Shown one piece after another: positions 16,334 to 25,714 of a stretch of DNA of 25,714 nt. Position numbers and translations under genes: made by a program. The notes under the pieces are model-generated. The model was given only the letters and a program-made list of their open reading frames with translations. It ran no database searches and was not told the origin of the DNA. Every line of letters starts with the position of its first letter. Positions within the stretch are counted from its first letter, which is position 1. The stretch covers positions 1 to 25,714 of the forward strand of contig JASFYY010000158.1 of assembly GCA_045046875.1 (NCBI GenBank), written 5' to 3'. Origin of the DNA: Verrucomicrobiota bacterium. GTDB taxonomy: Bacteria > Verrucomicrobiota > Verrucomicrobiia > Verrucomicrobiales > DEV007.

Positions 16334-16370
16334 AGGCGTCTTAGCCGACAAAGGTCTAAGGCGTCTTTTC
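16334..16370 (+). terminator. Intrinsic terminator after the 6S RNA
   Basis: 11-bp stem AGGCGTCTTAG...CTAAGGCGTCT whose G-U pairs form only on the plus strand, followed by TTTC. Confidence 0.7.
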
Positions 16371-16399
16371 ATTTCCAATAACCGCCACTCTTATCATGG

Positions 16400-16756
16400 C
16401 TATTTTTTCGCCGCAGCCCTGATCCTTTTTAACTCGGCTTTCAGAACATCATCACTGAATTTTTCAGGCTCGCCCTTCAGCTTGATCACATAACGTTTTC
16501 CGCTCAAGTAGGATTTCGATCCACAGAGATCGATGAATTTCTCTGCCGTGCTGATTTTTTTCTTCTGCCGCTCCCATTTCATCCGCATGTGATCCGCCGC
16601 CTCTTTTGCCGTATGCGATCCTCCATTCCTGACAAAAGTCGCCCCCTGCAAACCCTCTACGTATTTCAACAATCCGGCAATCTCCTCATCTGGAGAAGCC
16701 ACCAGAGATGGAATAGCTAGAATGAAAGTTAACAATATCAGAGTAATAAATTTCAT
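16400..16756 (-). CDS. DUF5329-like small secreted protein
   Basis: Signal peptide; FVRNGGSHTAKEAADHMRMKW, TAEKFIDLCGSKSYLSGKRY. Confidence 0.75.
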   Translation of the reverse strand: MKFITLILLTFILAIPSLVASPDEEIAGLLKYVEGLQGATFVRNGGSHTAKEAADHMRMKWERQKKKISTAEKFIDLCGSKSYLSGKRYVIKLKGEPEKFSDDVLKAELKRIRAAAKK

Positions 16757-16829
16757 GATGATTCGATAATATCAGGCCGCTGCCGCTACAAAACAACCTC
16801 AACCATTCAATAAACGTGAACCTCACAGC

Positions 16830-17837
16830 TCACCACAATACCGACATGCCCGTCGCAAAACTATTGGTATCGGCTCCCACCTTTTTCTGAGTCCGGAAAC
16901 CGAGATAACTGAACTTAATCCCCACTTTCCTCGACAGCGGCATGCCCACACTGAGCAGGCCTGCCAAATTCCCTTTGCGGTCATTTTTGTCATCCCCGTT
17001 CACCGTCGACTCTCCACCGATGCCATAACCCACACCAGTCCCCACCCACAAGCCCGGTCTAAAAGTATAAGCCAAATGCGCCTGCAGGGTATAAAAGGGA
17101 GCCTGTTCAAAACGATTGCCGTTCCAAAAATCATCGTTGGAAGTGTAAATCCAAGCCGAGGTGGTCAATTCCATCATCCACTTGCCACGATTGTGCACCA
17201 CCCCCAACTGAGGCCTGAAAGTGAAACGGTTATTACCTAAGTTGAGCAATTTATCACTGAGGTAATCCCCTGTAGGCAGTTGCACCACCAAGCCCATCCC
17301 CACGATCGTCTCCTTGTCCATTTTTGCCCGGTATTCAGCAAAATCCTTACCCTCCAAAGGCGGCGCTCCCAGCAAATTGATCGCAAAACGAAAACTCCCA
17401 TCCATCAAACCCGAGCGGTAAGCATTGGCTGGCTGCCCCTCGAGCAAACCCTTCCACGTGGCATCCTGATAGCCTTGGGTGAAATCAACCCGGGCCGACT
17501 TCCCCAACAGCTCAAAACTGCGGATGTATTTAACAATCGCAGAATGCATTTCTATTTCCACGCCCTCGATCAACAGCACAGGATCAAAAAGAATATCCCC
17601 TCTGGTATAAACGTAACCTGCCCCGGCAAAATTAGCGTTGATCGGCAAATGCGACCAACGCCGCGGTTCAAGCTCCTGTCCCTGACAGAACCAAGTCATT
17701 TGAATAACAAAAAAAATCAGCAACCCAAACAAGCGCCTGCTGGCTAAAACACGCCCAGCCAAAAGCCCTATCCTTTGGCACGTAAAAAAACCACTACGAG
17801 TGCTGCCATCATTGAGACTAGGCTGATTCCCCTTCAT
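16830..17837 (-). CDS. Outer-membrane beta-barrel 'transporter' (phenol MetA-pathway / SphA-like)
   Basis: QELEPRRWSHLP, LPTGDY..KLLNLGNNRF, alternating beta-strands and a terminal Trp. Start uncertain; ATG 17837 chosen because it lies 7 nt after TTGACG-17-TAAATC. Confidence 0.7.
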   Translation of the reverse strand: MKGNQPSLNDGSTRSGFFTCQRIGLLAGRVLASRRLFGLLIFFVIQMTWFCQGQELEPRRWSHLPINANFAGAGYVYTRGDILFDPVLLIEGVEIEMHSAIVKYIRSFELLGKSARVDFTQGYQDATWKGLLEGQPANAYRSGLMDGSFRFAINLLGAPPLEGKDFAEYRAKMDKETIVGMGLVVQLPTGDYLSDKLLNLGNNRFTFRPQLGVVHNRGKWMMELTTSAWIYTSNDDFWNGNRFEQAPFYTLQAHLAYTFRPGLWVGTGVGYGIGGESTVNGDDKNDRKGNLAGLLSVGMPLSRKVGIKFSYLGFRTQKKVGADTNSFATGMSVLW

Positions 17838-18000
17838 TTCCACAGATTTAACCGTGAATGAGGCAAGCGTCAAATTTTGACTAACTGACCGATCCACCGC
17901 TCCGTTTTCTCCACCTTTCTAGCGCTCTCTCCTCGAATCTCTACGATTTGGGTTTATTTCGTTTGCTCTTAGCCACTTCGAGCGTATGCATTGCCCTCAG

Positions 18001-19182
18001 ATGAAAGCACTCCTTGCTCTTGAAGATGGGGCCTGTTTTGAAGGCGAATCCTTTGGTGCCACTGCAGTTACTGCCGTGGGTGAAGCCTGTTTTAACACGT
18101 CGATGACGGGTTATCAGGAAGTTCTCACCGATCCCTCCTATCGCGGACAAATCGTGTCGATGACTTATCCCCTGATCGGGAACTACGGCATCAACCCCGA
18201 TGACAACGAAAGCGACCAGCCTCATGTACGTGGATTTGTGATCGAAGAACTGTGTGAAACGCCCAGCAACTGGCGTGCAACGGAAACTCTCGACACCTAC
18301 CTGAAGCGCCACAACATCCCCGGCATCCAGGGCATCGATACCCGTGCACTGACCAAACGCCTGCGCCAGCAAGGTGCCATGCGCGCGGTGATCTCGACCG
18401 ATCCTAATCTCACCCCGGAAGAAGCGGTGAAGATGGCCAAAGAAAGCCCTTCGATGGAAGGCGCGGATTTTGTCCAGGAAGTCAGTGCCGCGGAAAATTA
18501 TCGCTGGGATCCGGACAACCTGCTCAGTCAGCAGTGGACCATCCCCAACGCGAGCAAAGAAACACCCGGCCAGCGCATTGATGAAAACGGCCAGCATTTC
18601 CAGCCTTTAATCGAAGCAAAATACCACATCGTCGCCTACGATTTTGGAATCAAGCGCAACATCCTGCGCATGCTGCGTCAGGCAGGCTTCACCGTCGACG
18701 TGGTCAACTCACGAACCACCGCAGCAGAAGTGCTGGCACTCAACCCGGATGGCATTTTTCTCTCCAACGGCCCCGGCGATCCCGCCGCGCTGGACTACAT
18801 TCACCGCGAGATCAAAGAATTGATCGGCAAAAAACCCATTTTCGCCATTTGTCTGGGACACCAGGTGCTGTGCCACGCTTTTGGCGGCAAAACCTTCAAA
18901 CTGAAATTCGGTCATCGCGGCGGCAACCAGCCTGTGAAAGATCTGCGCAGTGAAAAAATCGCCATCACCTCGCAAAACCACGGCTTTGCGGTGGATGCCG
19001 ACAGCCTGCCAGATGACGTCGAAGTCACTCATATCAACCTCAACGATCAGACCGTGGAAGGGCTGCGGCACAAAAAACACCCTGTTTTCAGCGTGCAATA
19101 TCACCCCGAAGCATCCCCTGGACCCAACGATGCGGCATATTTTTTCGAAGAATTTGCCAATCTGATTGATTCTCAGAGCTAA
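18001..19182 (+). CDS. carA: Carbamoyl-phosphate synthase small subunit
   Basis: MKALLALEDG, FNTSMTGYQEVLTDPSY, LSNGPGDP, ICLGHQ, SQNHGF, VQYHPEASPGP. Confidence 0.97.
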   Translation: MKALLALEDGACFEGESFGATAVTAVGEACFNTSMTGYQEVLTDPSYRGQIVSMTYPLIGNYGINPDDNESDQPHVRGFVIEELCETPSNWRATETLDTYLKRHNIPGIQGIDTRALTKRLRQQGAMRAVISTDPNLTPEEAVKMAKESPSMEGADFVQEVSAAENYRWDPDNLLSQQWTIPNASKETPGQRIDENGQHFQPLIEAKYHIVAYDFGIKRNILRMLRQAGFTVDVVNSRTTAAEVLALNPDGIFLSNGPGDPAALDYIHREIKELIGKKPIFAICLGHQVLCHAFGGKTFKLKFGHRGGNQPVKDLRSEKIAITSQNHGFAVDADSLPDDVEVTHINLNDQTVEGLRHKKHPVFSVQYHPEASPGPNDAAYFFEEFANLIDSQS

Positions 19183-19205
19183 AACCTGTTAAATACCGTC
19201 TAGTT

Positions 19206-19730
19206 ATGGCCAAAATCACAATTTACGTCCCCGATCAGGAACCTATGAAGGTTTCTTTTGATGAACAAGCTGAAGTCACTGTAGGTCGCGCACCTGACAA
19301 TCATCTGGTTGTGAATCACGAATCGATTTCCAGTCACCACGCAAAATTGCAACTGGAAGGTGACGGTTACACCTTGATTGATCTGGATTCCACCAACGGC
19401 ACCAAGATCGACGGCATCTCTACCAGCAACGGCCCTTTGTCCAATGGCACGCAAATCACCTTTGGCAAAGTAGATGCCGTTTACGAATGTGAAGAAGCTA
19501 CTGAAGAAGAAGTCGCTGCCGAAGGGGCAGACGGCGAAACTTTTGTCAGCAACATGGAAGTGGAGATTGCCGAGACTTCAACCAAACCGGAAGGGTTCAC
19601 TAATTTGTCTCCGCTGGAAAAAGTGGTGGAGAAAAACCAACTTGGCAAAGCCGCTATGGCAATAGGTTTGCTTGCCATCCTCGCCGCTCTGGCAACCTTT
19701 GGAGCCGCCGCTTCCATGAAAGTCGGCTAA
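19206..19730 (+). CDS. FHA-domain protein with an acidic linker and C-terminal membrane anchor
   Basis: VGRAPDN, ISSHHA and DLDSTNGT FHA motifs; Glu-rich linker; hydrophobic C-terminal helix. Confidence 0.88.
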   Translation: MAKITIYVPDQEPMKVSFDEQAEVTVGRAPDNHLVVNHESISSHHAKLQLEGDGYTLIDLDSTNGTKIDGISTSNGPLSNGTQITFGKVDAVYECEEATEEEVAAEGADGETFVSNMEVEIAETSTKPEGFTNLSPLEKVVEKNQLGKAAMAIGLLAILAALATFGAAASMKVG

Positions 19731-19876
19731 AAATTGCAAGCTACCGGCCTTCACCGTCTCAAGGAATCGATTTCATATATCACTTGGCCGGCCCACTTAC
19801 CATATCCATCTTTTATTGAGAGCCTCTCAGCTGGGTCGCGCCCACTCTCATTTGAACTGCTTTTTTAAATCACTAA

Positions 19877-21151
<1,275 letters not shown>

Positions 21152-21227
21152 GTCTTTCAACAGGCCGCTGCTCGTCAGCCCGTCTGTTGACACCTCAATC
21201 GCTGACCAGATCCTATCACCGCCAGCG

Positions 21228-21938
21228 ATGAGCTCCAAAACTGTCATTCCCAAACACATCGCCGTCATCATGGACGGCAATGGGCGCTGGGCAAAGGAAC
21301 GCGGCCTGCCGCGGCGTTCCGGACATCAAGCTGGTGCCGAATCAGTCAGGGAATGTGTCGAAGCCTGCAGTGAGCTGGGAGTGGACTTCCTCACGCTCTA
21401 CGCTTTTTCATCGGAAAACTGGAACCGCCCCAAAGCGGAAATCAAAGCCTTGATGAAGTTACTCGAACGTTTTCTACGGGAAAAAACTCCGGAAATCTGC
21501 GAGCGCAACGTCAGACTTCAAGCCATCGGACGCATCACCGACTTACCCGGGTCCTGCCAGAAAGCGCTCAGTGAAGCCATCGACCGGTCTTCTGAGAATA
21601 CCGGATTAACGCTCATCCTCGCCCTCAGTTACGGCGGCAGGGAAGAAATCGTCGACGGCATCAAGAGCCTCATCCGCCATCTCGACGACGGCCACATCGA
21701 CCGCGGCATGATCACTCCGGAGCTATTCAGCAAACACCTCTACACCCGCTACTACCCCGACCCCGACCTGCTCATCCGCACTTCCGGCGAGATGCGCCTT
21801 TCCAATTTCCTGCTGTGGCAGATCTCTTATTCCGAGATCTACATCACTAACAAAAACTGGCCTGACTTCCGCAAACAAGACCTGCACAACGCCATCGAAG
21901 ATTTTTCCAAAAGGCAACGCCGCTTTGGCGGGTTATGA
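21228..21938 (+). CDS. uppS: Isoprenyl transferase (undecaprenyl-diphosphate synthase)
   Basis: HIAVIMDGNGRWA, YAFSSENWNRP, SYGGREEI, LLIRTSGEMRLSNFLLWQ. Confidence 0.96.
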   Translation: MSSKTVIPKHIAVIMDGNGRWAKERGLPRRSGHQAGAESVRECVEACSELGVDFLTLYAFSSENWNRPKAEIKALMKLLERFLREKTPEICERNVRLQAIGRITDLPGSCQKALSEAIDRSSENTGLTLILALSYGGREEIVDGIKSLIRHLDDGHIDRGMITPELFSKHLYTRYYPDPDLLIRTSGEMRLSNFLLWQISYSEIYITNKNWPDFRKQDLHNAIEDFSKRQRRFGGL

Positions 21939-23398
21939 GCAATATGGACAAGCCCACGCAACAGACCATCGTCATTGCCGATGCTGACGCCGATTACCTC
22001 GACTGGGCCAGTCGCCATCTGGACGCGTCTAGTGTCACCATTCTCACCACCACCCAGGCCAATCAGGCCTTTGATCTATTTTCCGAAAATCGCGCCGACC
22101 TGTTGATCGCCGATCTCCAACTCACCCCCTTTGATGGACTCGAACTGATCAAGCGTGTTCGGCAGAATTTCCCCAACGCCGTGGTTTTGCTCACGGGTGA
22201 TATCTCCTCGACCAATACCGTGATCGAAGCCACCAAAATGGGTGCCTACGATGTCTTGCGCAAAGAAGCGGTCAGCTTCGACCTGCGTCCGACCGTCGAA
22301 CACGCGCTGCGCGCCGCCGAACAAATGCGCCTGGCCGCCGATGATAACCTGCCCACTCCCCAACAGCCCGTCAGCTCCGATTTGATCATCGGCAATTCAC
22401 CGGTGATGCAGGAAGTTTTCAAACTGATCGGCCGCGCCGCCCACACCGACGCCCCGGTGCTGATCAGTGGAGAGAGCGGCAGCGGCAAAGAAGTCGTCGC
22501 CAGTGCGCTGCACCAATACAGTCGGCGAACCAGCCGCGACTACATCGCGATCAACTGCGCCGCCATCCCCGCCAATCTGCTCGAGAGCGAATTGTTCGGT
22601 CACGAAAAAGGATCTTTCACCGGAGCGGTCAGTAAACGCATCGGACGTTTTGAACAGTGCAGTGACGGCACCCTCTTCCTCGATGAAATCGGCGACCTGC
22701 CACACGACGTGCAAAGCAAGCTGCTACGTGTATTACAGTCCGGCGAGTTCTCCCGCATCGGCAGCAACGATACGCTCACCTCCAACGTGCGCATTTTAGC
22801 CGCCACCAATAAAAGCCTCGAAAAGGAAGTCGAAGCCGACCGCTTCCGCGAAGACCTCTTTTACCGCCTCAACGTCGTCCGCATTCACATCCCGCCTTTG
22901 CGCCACCGCATCGAAGACATCTCGCTGCTGGCCGAGCACTTCCTCAACCGCATCGCCAAGCACAACAGCGGTCGCCGCATGCAGCTCTCTCCGGAAGCCT
23001 TGGAACATTTGCAAAATTACGACTGGCCCGGCAACGTGCGGGAACTGGAGAACACTCTGCAAAGCGCTTGTGTGCTCGCCACCGGAACCGTTTTACTGCC
23101 CAAGGACATCCCCATCGGAGCAGTGCCACGACGCCAGACGCAAAATCTGCCCGAAGAAACCCAGCCCCATGATCTTGCCAGCCCCTCTCTGGCGCAAGCT
23201 GCCGAAGCCATCCTCAATGCGGCGACTCAAGAAGGACTGCCTGCCATTTCGATCGCCGAACGGGAACTCATTCGCCTCACTCTAGAGCAACAGGATCACC
23301 ACCTTGGCAACAGCGCAAAAATTCTCGGCTGCACCTTGCCCGCTCTGAGAAAAAAAATCTCCGCCTACGATCTGGCCTCGCCTTCTGATCCCGATTGA
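21935..23398 (+). CDS. Sigma-54-dependent response regulator (NtrC family: REC-AAA+-HTH)
   Basis: Receiver domain; GESGSGKE, ELFGHEKGSFTGA, LFLDEIGD, FREDLFYRL, WPGNVRELEN; Fis-type HTH. Confidence 0.93.
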   Translation: MSNMDKPTQQTIVIADADADYLDWASRHLDASSVTILTTTQANQAFDLFSENRADLLIADLQLTPFDGLELIKRVRQNFPNAVVLLTGDISSTNTVIEATKMGAYDVLRKEAVSFDLRPTVEHALRAAEQMRLAADDNLPTPQQPVSSDLIIGNSPVMQEVFKLIGRAAHTDAPVLISGESGSGKEVVASALHQYSRRTSRDYIAINCAAIPANLLESELFGHEKGSFTGAVSKRIGRFEQCSDGTLFLDEIGDLPHDVQSKLLRVLQSGEFSRIGSNDTLTSNVRILAATNKSLEKEVEADRFREDLFYRLNVVRIHIPPLRHRIEDISLLAEHFLNRIAKHNSGRRMQLSPEALEHLQNYDWPGNVRELENTLQSACVLATGTVLLPKDIPIGAVPRRQTQNLPEETQPHDLASPSLAQAAEAILNAATQEGLPAISIAERELIRLTLEQQDHHLGNSAKILGCTLPALRKKISAYDLASPSDPD

Positions 23399-23446
23399 TC
23401 CCTTGCCGCGAGGCAGTCAACTCGCGTTACAAAAACCGCCGCATCC

Positions 23447-25714
23447 ATGCAGGCCAAGCCCAAAAAGCTTTCCAAAACCGATCCGGGATCACTCGTCAAA
23501 CAGGTGATGACGGCATCGCCGTTCACCCAACAGCTCAAACTTGCCAGTCAGGCCAGCACCTCCGCGCCTCACGTCTTTGAACACGTCAGCGAAGCCGCAC
23601 AACCCTTCCTAGCTGCGATCAGCAGCCAATACCTGCACCAACAAAACCCCAACAGCAATGTCTGGATCGTCTGCAAAGATGTCAAATCCGGAGAAAGCCT
23701 GCACAGCGAATTATCCACCTGGGGCTGCTCCCCCTTTTTTTTACCGGAAAACCCCACCGCGGATTTTGCCGATGCCCTGCCCGATCCCGACGCTCTTGCC
23801 GAGCGACTCGCCACCCTGCAAGAACTGCGCCGACAAAACGAAAATGGCAAAAGCTGCCTGGTAGTGATGCCTGGACTTAGCTTCGACGAGATCGTTCCAC
23901 TGCCTGACGCCCTGCTCAAAAATACTTTTAAAATCAAAACCGGCGACCAACTCGATCTGGCCACTATCAGCGATCGTCTCGTCGAAGCAGGATTCGAAAA
24001 AGTCAGCCAGGTGTTCCAGCGAGGGCAATTTGCTGTGCGCGGAGGCATTCTCGATGTTTTTGATCTGCACAACAACAGCCCGCTGCGCATCGAACTTTTT
24101 GATCAAGACATCGACTCCATCCGCGAGTTCGACCTCGACCAACAGACTTCGATCCGCAAACTCAGCTCAGCCGAACTTTTGCTCAATCTGGAGGAATCAG
24201 AAGATGCCCCCCAGCAGGGATTCGGCTCATTGAATGACTACAGACAACACAACGATCATGTCATCAGCATCGAATGCGATCCACCCGAGTCCAGCATTCA
24301 CATCATTACGGGTAGCTCGAACTTGGTAGATGGTGCCAGCGAAGATTTCACCGCAGCTTTCTACGATAACCCATTGGGCTCCTTCGAAGCCGGGGATTTC
24401 ATCCTGCAGCAATCCCGCCATCAGGAGTTCATCAAACAAATCGGTGAATGGAAAAAACAAGGCTGGCAAGTAGCCATTGCCTTCCACTCAAACGGCGAAC
24501 TCGATCGTTTCGAAGAACTGCTGGCCGACTCGTCCATCGATACCCGCGTGCTGCAACACTTCATTGGCAACCTGAACCAGGGATTCACCATTCCCGACAT
24601 CCGCCTCGCAGTGCTCTCCGATGCCGAGATTTTTGGCCGTTACCAACACCAGCGCGCACGACGTAAATTCACCCAGGATCGCGCCCGCAGCCTGCACATG
24701 CAGGCCACCCAACCCGGCGAATTCGAGGTCAACGATATGGTCGTGCATGCCGACTACGGCATCGGCCGCTACCGGGGTTTGAGAAAAGCCGAAACCCAGA
24801 CCAACAAATACCCCGGCCGCCATCAAACGGAAACAAATACCGAAGAAGAAGCCCTGATCATCGAATACGCCAACGAGTCGCGCCTCTACGTGCCACTTGA
24901 ACAAGCCCACCTGGTTTCCCGCTACATCGGCTCGGGCAGAAAAGCGCCGCCGCTCAATCGGCTCGGTGACAAACGCTGGAACACCACCCGCAAAAAAGCC
25001 GAACGCTCGATCCGTGATTACGCCGCCCAATTGCTCGGTGTGCACGCCGAACGCGAAGCCAAACTCGGTTTTGCCCACAGCCCCGACAGCAAGTGGCAAT
25101 GGGAATTCGAAAACGCCTTCATCTACAAAGAAACTCCCGACCAACTCACTTCCATCTCGGCGACCAAACAAGACATGGAATCCCAACGCCCGATGGATCG
25201 TCTGATCTGTGGCGATGTCGGTTTCGGCAAAACCGAAGTCGCCATCCGCGCCGCCTTCAAAGCCGTCATGTCCGGCAAACAAGTCGCCCTGCTGGTGCCC
25301 ACTACCGTCTTAGCTCAGCAACACTACCAGAACTTCCGCGAGCGCATGTCGGACTTCCCCATCACCGTGGACCTGCTCAGCCGTTACCGCAGCGCCGGAC
25401 AACAACGCGATACCATCAAGTCCCTGCAACAAGGCGGTGTCGATATTGTGATCGGCACCCATCGCCTGATCTCCAAAGACGTGGCATTCAAAAACCTCGG
25501 CCTCGTCATCATCGACGAAGAACAGCGTTTCGGGGTCAAACACAAAGAACGCTTCAAGGAAATGTTCCGCCTGGTCGACGTGTTAACCCTCTCTGCCACG
25601 CCCATTCCGCGCACCCTCTACCTATCGCTGATGGGTGCCCGCGACATGTCCACCATCGACACCCCGCCGATCAACCGCTTCCCGGTGCAAACGACTATTT
25701 GTCCCTACGATGAA
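23447..25714 (+). CDS. mfd: Transcription-repair coupling factor Mfd (3' end beyond the window; absent from the ORF track because it has no stop codon)
   Basis: The frame from ATG 23447 is in register with GQFAVRGGILDVF, VVHADYGIGRY (RID), MDRLICGDVGFGKTEVA, IDEEQRFGVKHKE and LSATPIPRTL. Start approximate. Confidence 0.95.
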   Translation, partial: MQAKPKKLSKTDPGSLVKQVMTASPFTQQLKLASQASTSAPHVFEHVSEAAQPFLAAISSQYLHQQNPNSNVWIVCKDVKSGESLHSELSTWGCSPFFLPENPTADFADALPDPDALAERLATLQELRRQNENGKSCLVVMPGLSFDEIVPLPDALLKNTFKIKTGDQLDLATISDRLVEAGFEKVSQVFQRGQFAVRGGILDVFDLHNNSPLRIELFDQDIDSIREFDLDQQTSIRKLSSAELLLNLEESEDAPQQGFGSLNDYRQHNDHVISIECDPPESSIHIITGSSNLVDGASEDFTAAFYDNPLGSFEAGDFILQQSRHQEFIKQIGEWKKQGWQVAIAFHSNGELDRFEELLADSSIDTRVLQHFIGNLNQGFTIPDIRLAVLSDAEIFGRYQHQRARRKFTQDRARSLHMQATQPGEFEVNDMVVHADYGIGRYRGLRKAETQTNKYPGRHQTETNTEEEALIIEYANESRLYVPLEQAHLVSRYIGSGRKAPPLNRLGDKRWNTTRKKAERSIRDYAAQLLGVHAEREAKLGFAHSPDSKWQWEFENAFIYKETPDQLTSISATKQDMESQRPMDRLICGDVGFGKTEVAIRAAFKAVMSGKQVALLVPTTVLAQQHYQNFRERMSDFPITVDLLSRYRSAGQQRDTIKSLQQGGVDIVIGTHRLISKDVAFKNLGLVIIDEEQRFGVKHKERFKEMFRLVDVLTLSATPIPRTLYLSLMGARDMSTIDTPPINRFPVQTTICPYDE

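Noticed and set aside
18001..19182. carA without adjacent carB, and rpmI without infC
   Set aside because: Split operons are common in many lineages and are not informative on their own.
21157..21190. Hairpin between purA and uppS as a terminator
   Set aside because: The stem is interrupted and has no U-tract; at most an mRNA-stability hairpin.
24780..24850. Polar loop insertion in the Mfd RID domain (and a long linker in CarA) as an intein or mobile insert
   Set aside because: Short, in frame and without intein motifs; consistent with ordinary surface-loop variation.
23395..25713. Apparent fragmentation or pseudogenisation of mfd in the ORF track
   Set aside because: The start codon, helicase motifs and last codon are all in one frame. 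The ORF is missing from the track only because it has no stop codon inside the window.

Overview
Bacterial chromosomal segment with no phage, transposase, CRISPR, tRNA or rRNA genes. The gene families (Amuc_1098-like short secretin, several PVC-type secreted hydrolases) suggest a Verrucomicrobiota genome; this is inference. Left third (1-10.5 kb), accessory genes: a secreted beta-helix enzyme, an SGNH hydrolase, a C45/Ntn hydrolase, an SMP-30/gluconolactonase, an alpha/beta esterase, a short secretin-like protein and a 760-aa unknown exported protein. Remainder, mostly core genes: dcd, rpmI-rplT-pheS-pheT, an unannotated 6S RNA, DUF5329, an outer-membrane protein, carA, an FHA protein, purA, uppS, an NtrC-like regulator and mfd (truncated by the window end). 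Main observations: (1) short 30-34 nt hairpin elements are inserted inside other extragenic repeats, and the matching empty sites are present in the same window; (2) the SGNH hydrolase is circularly permuted, with its GDS nucleophile motif at the C-terminus; (3) a structured RNA candidate lies between rpmI and rplT; (4) a 6S RNA with its own promoter and terminator; (5) several promoters with leaderless architecture.
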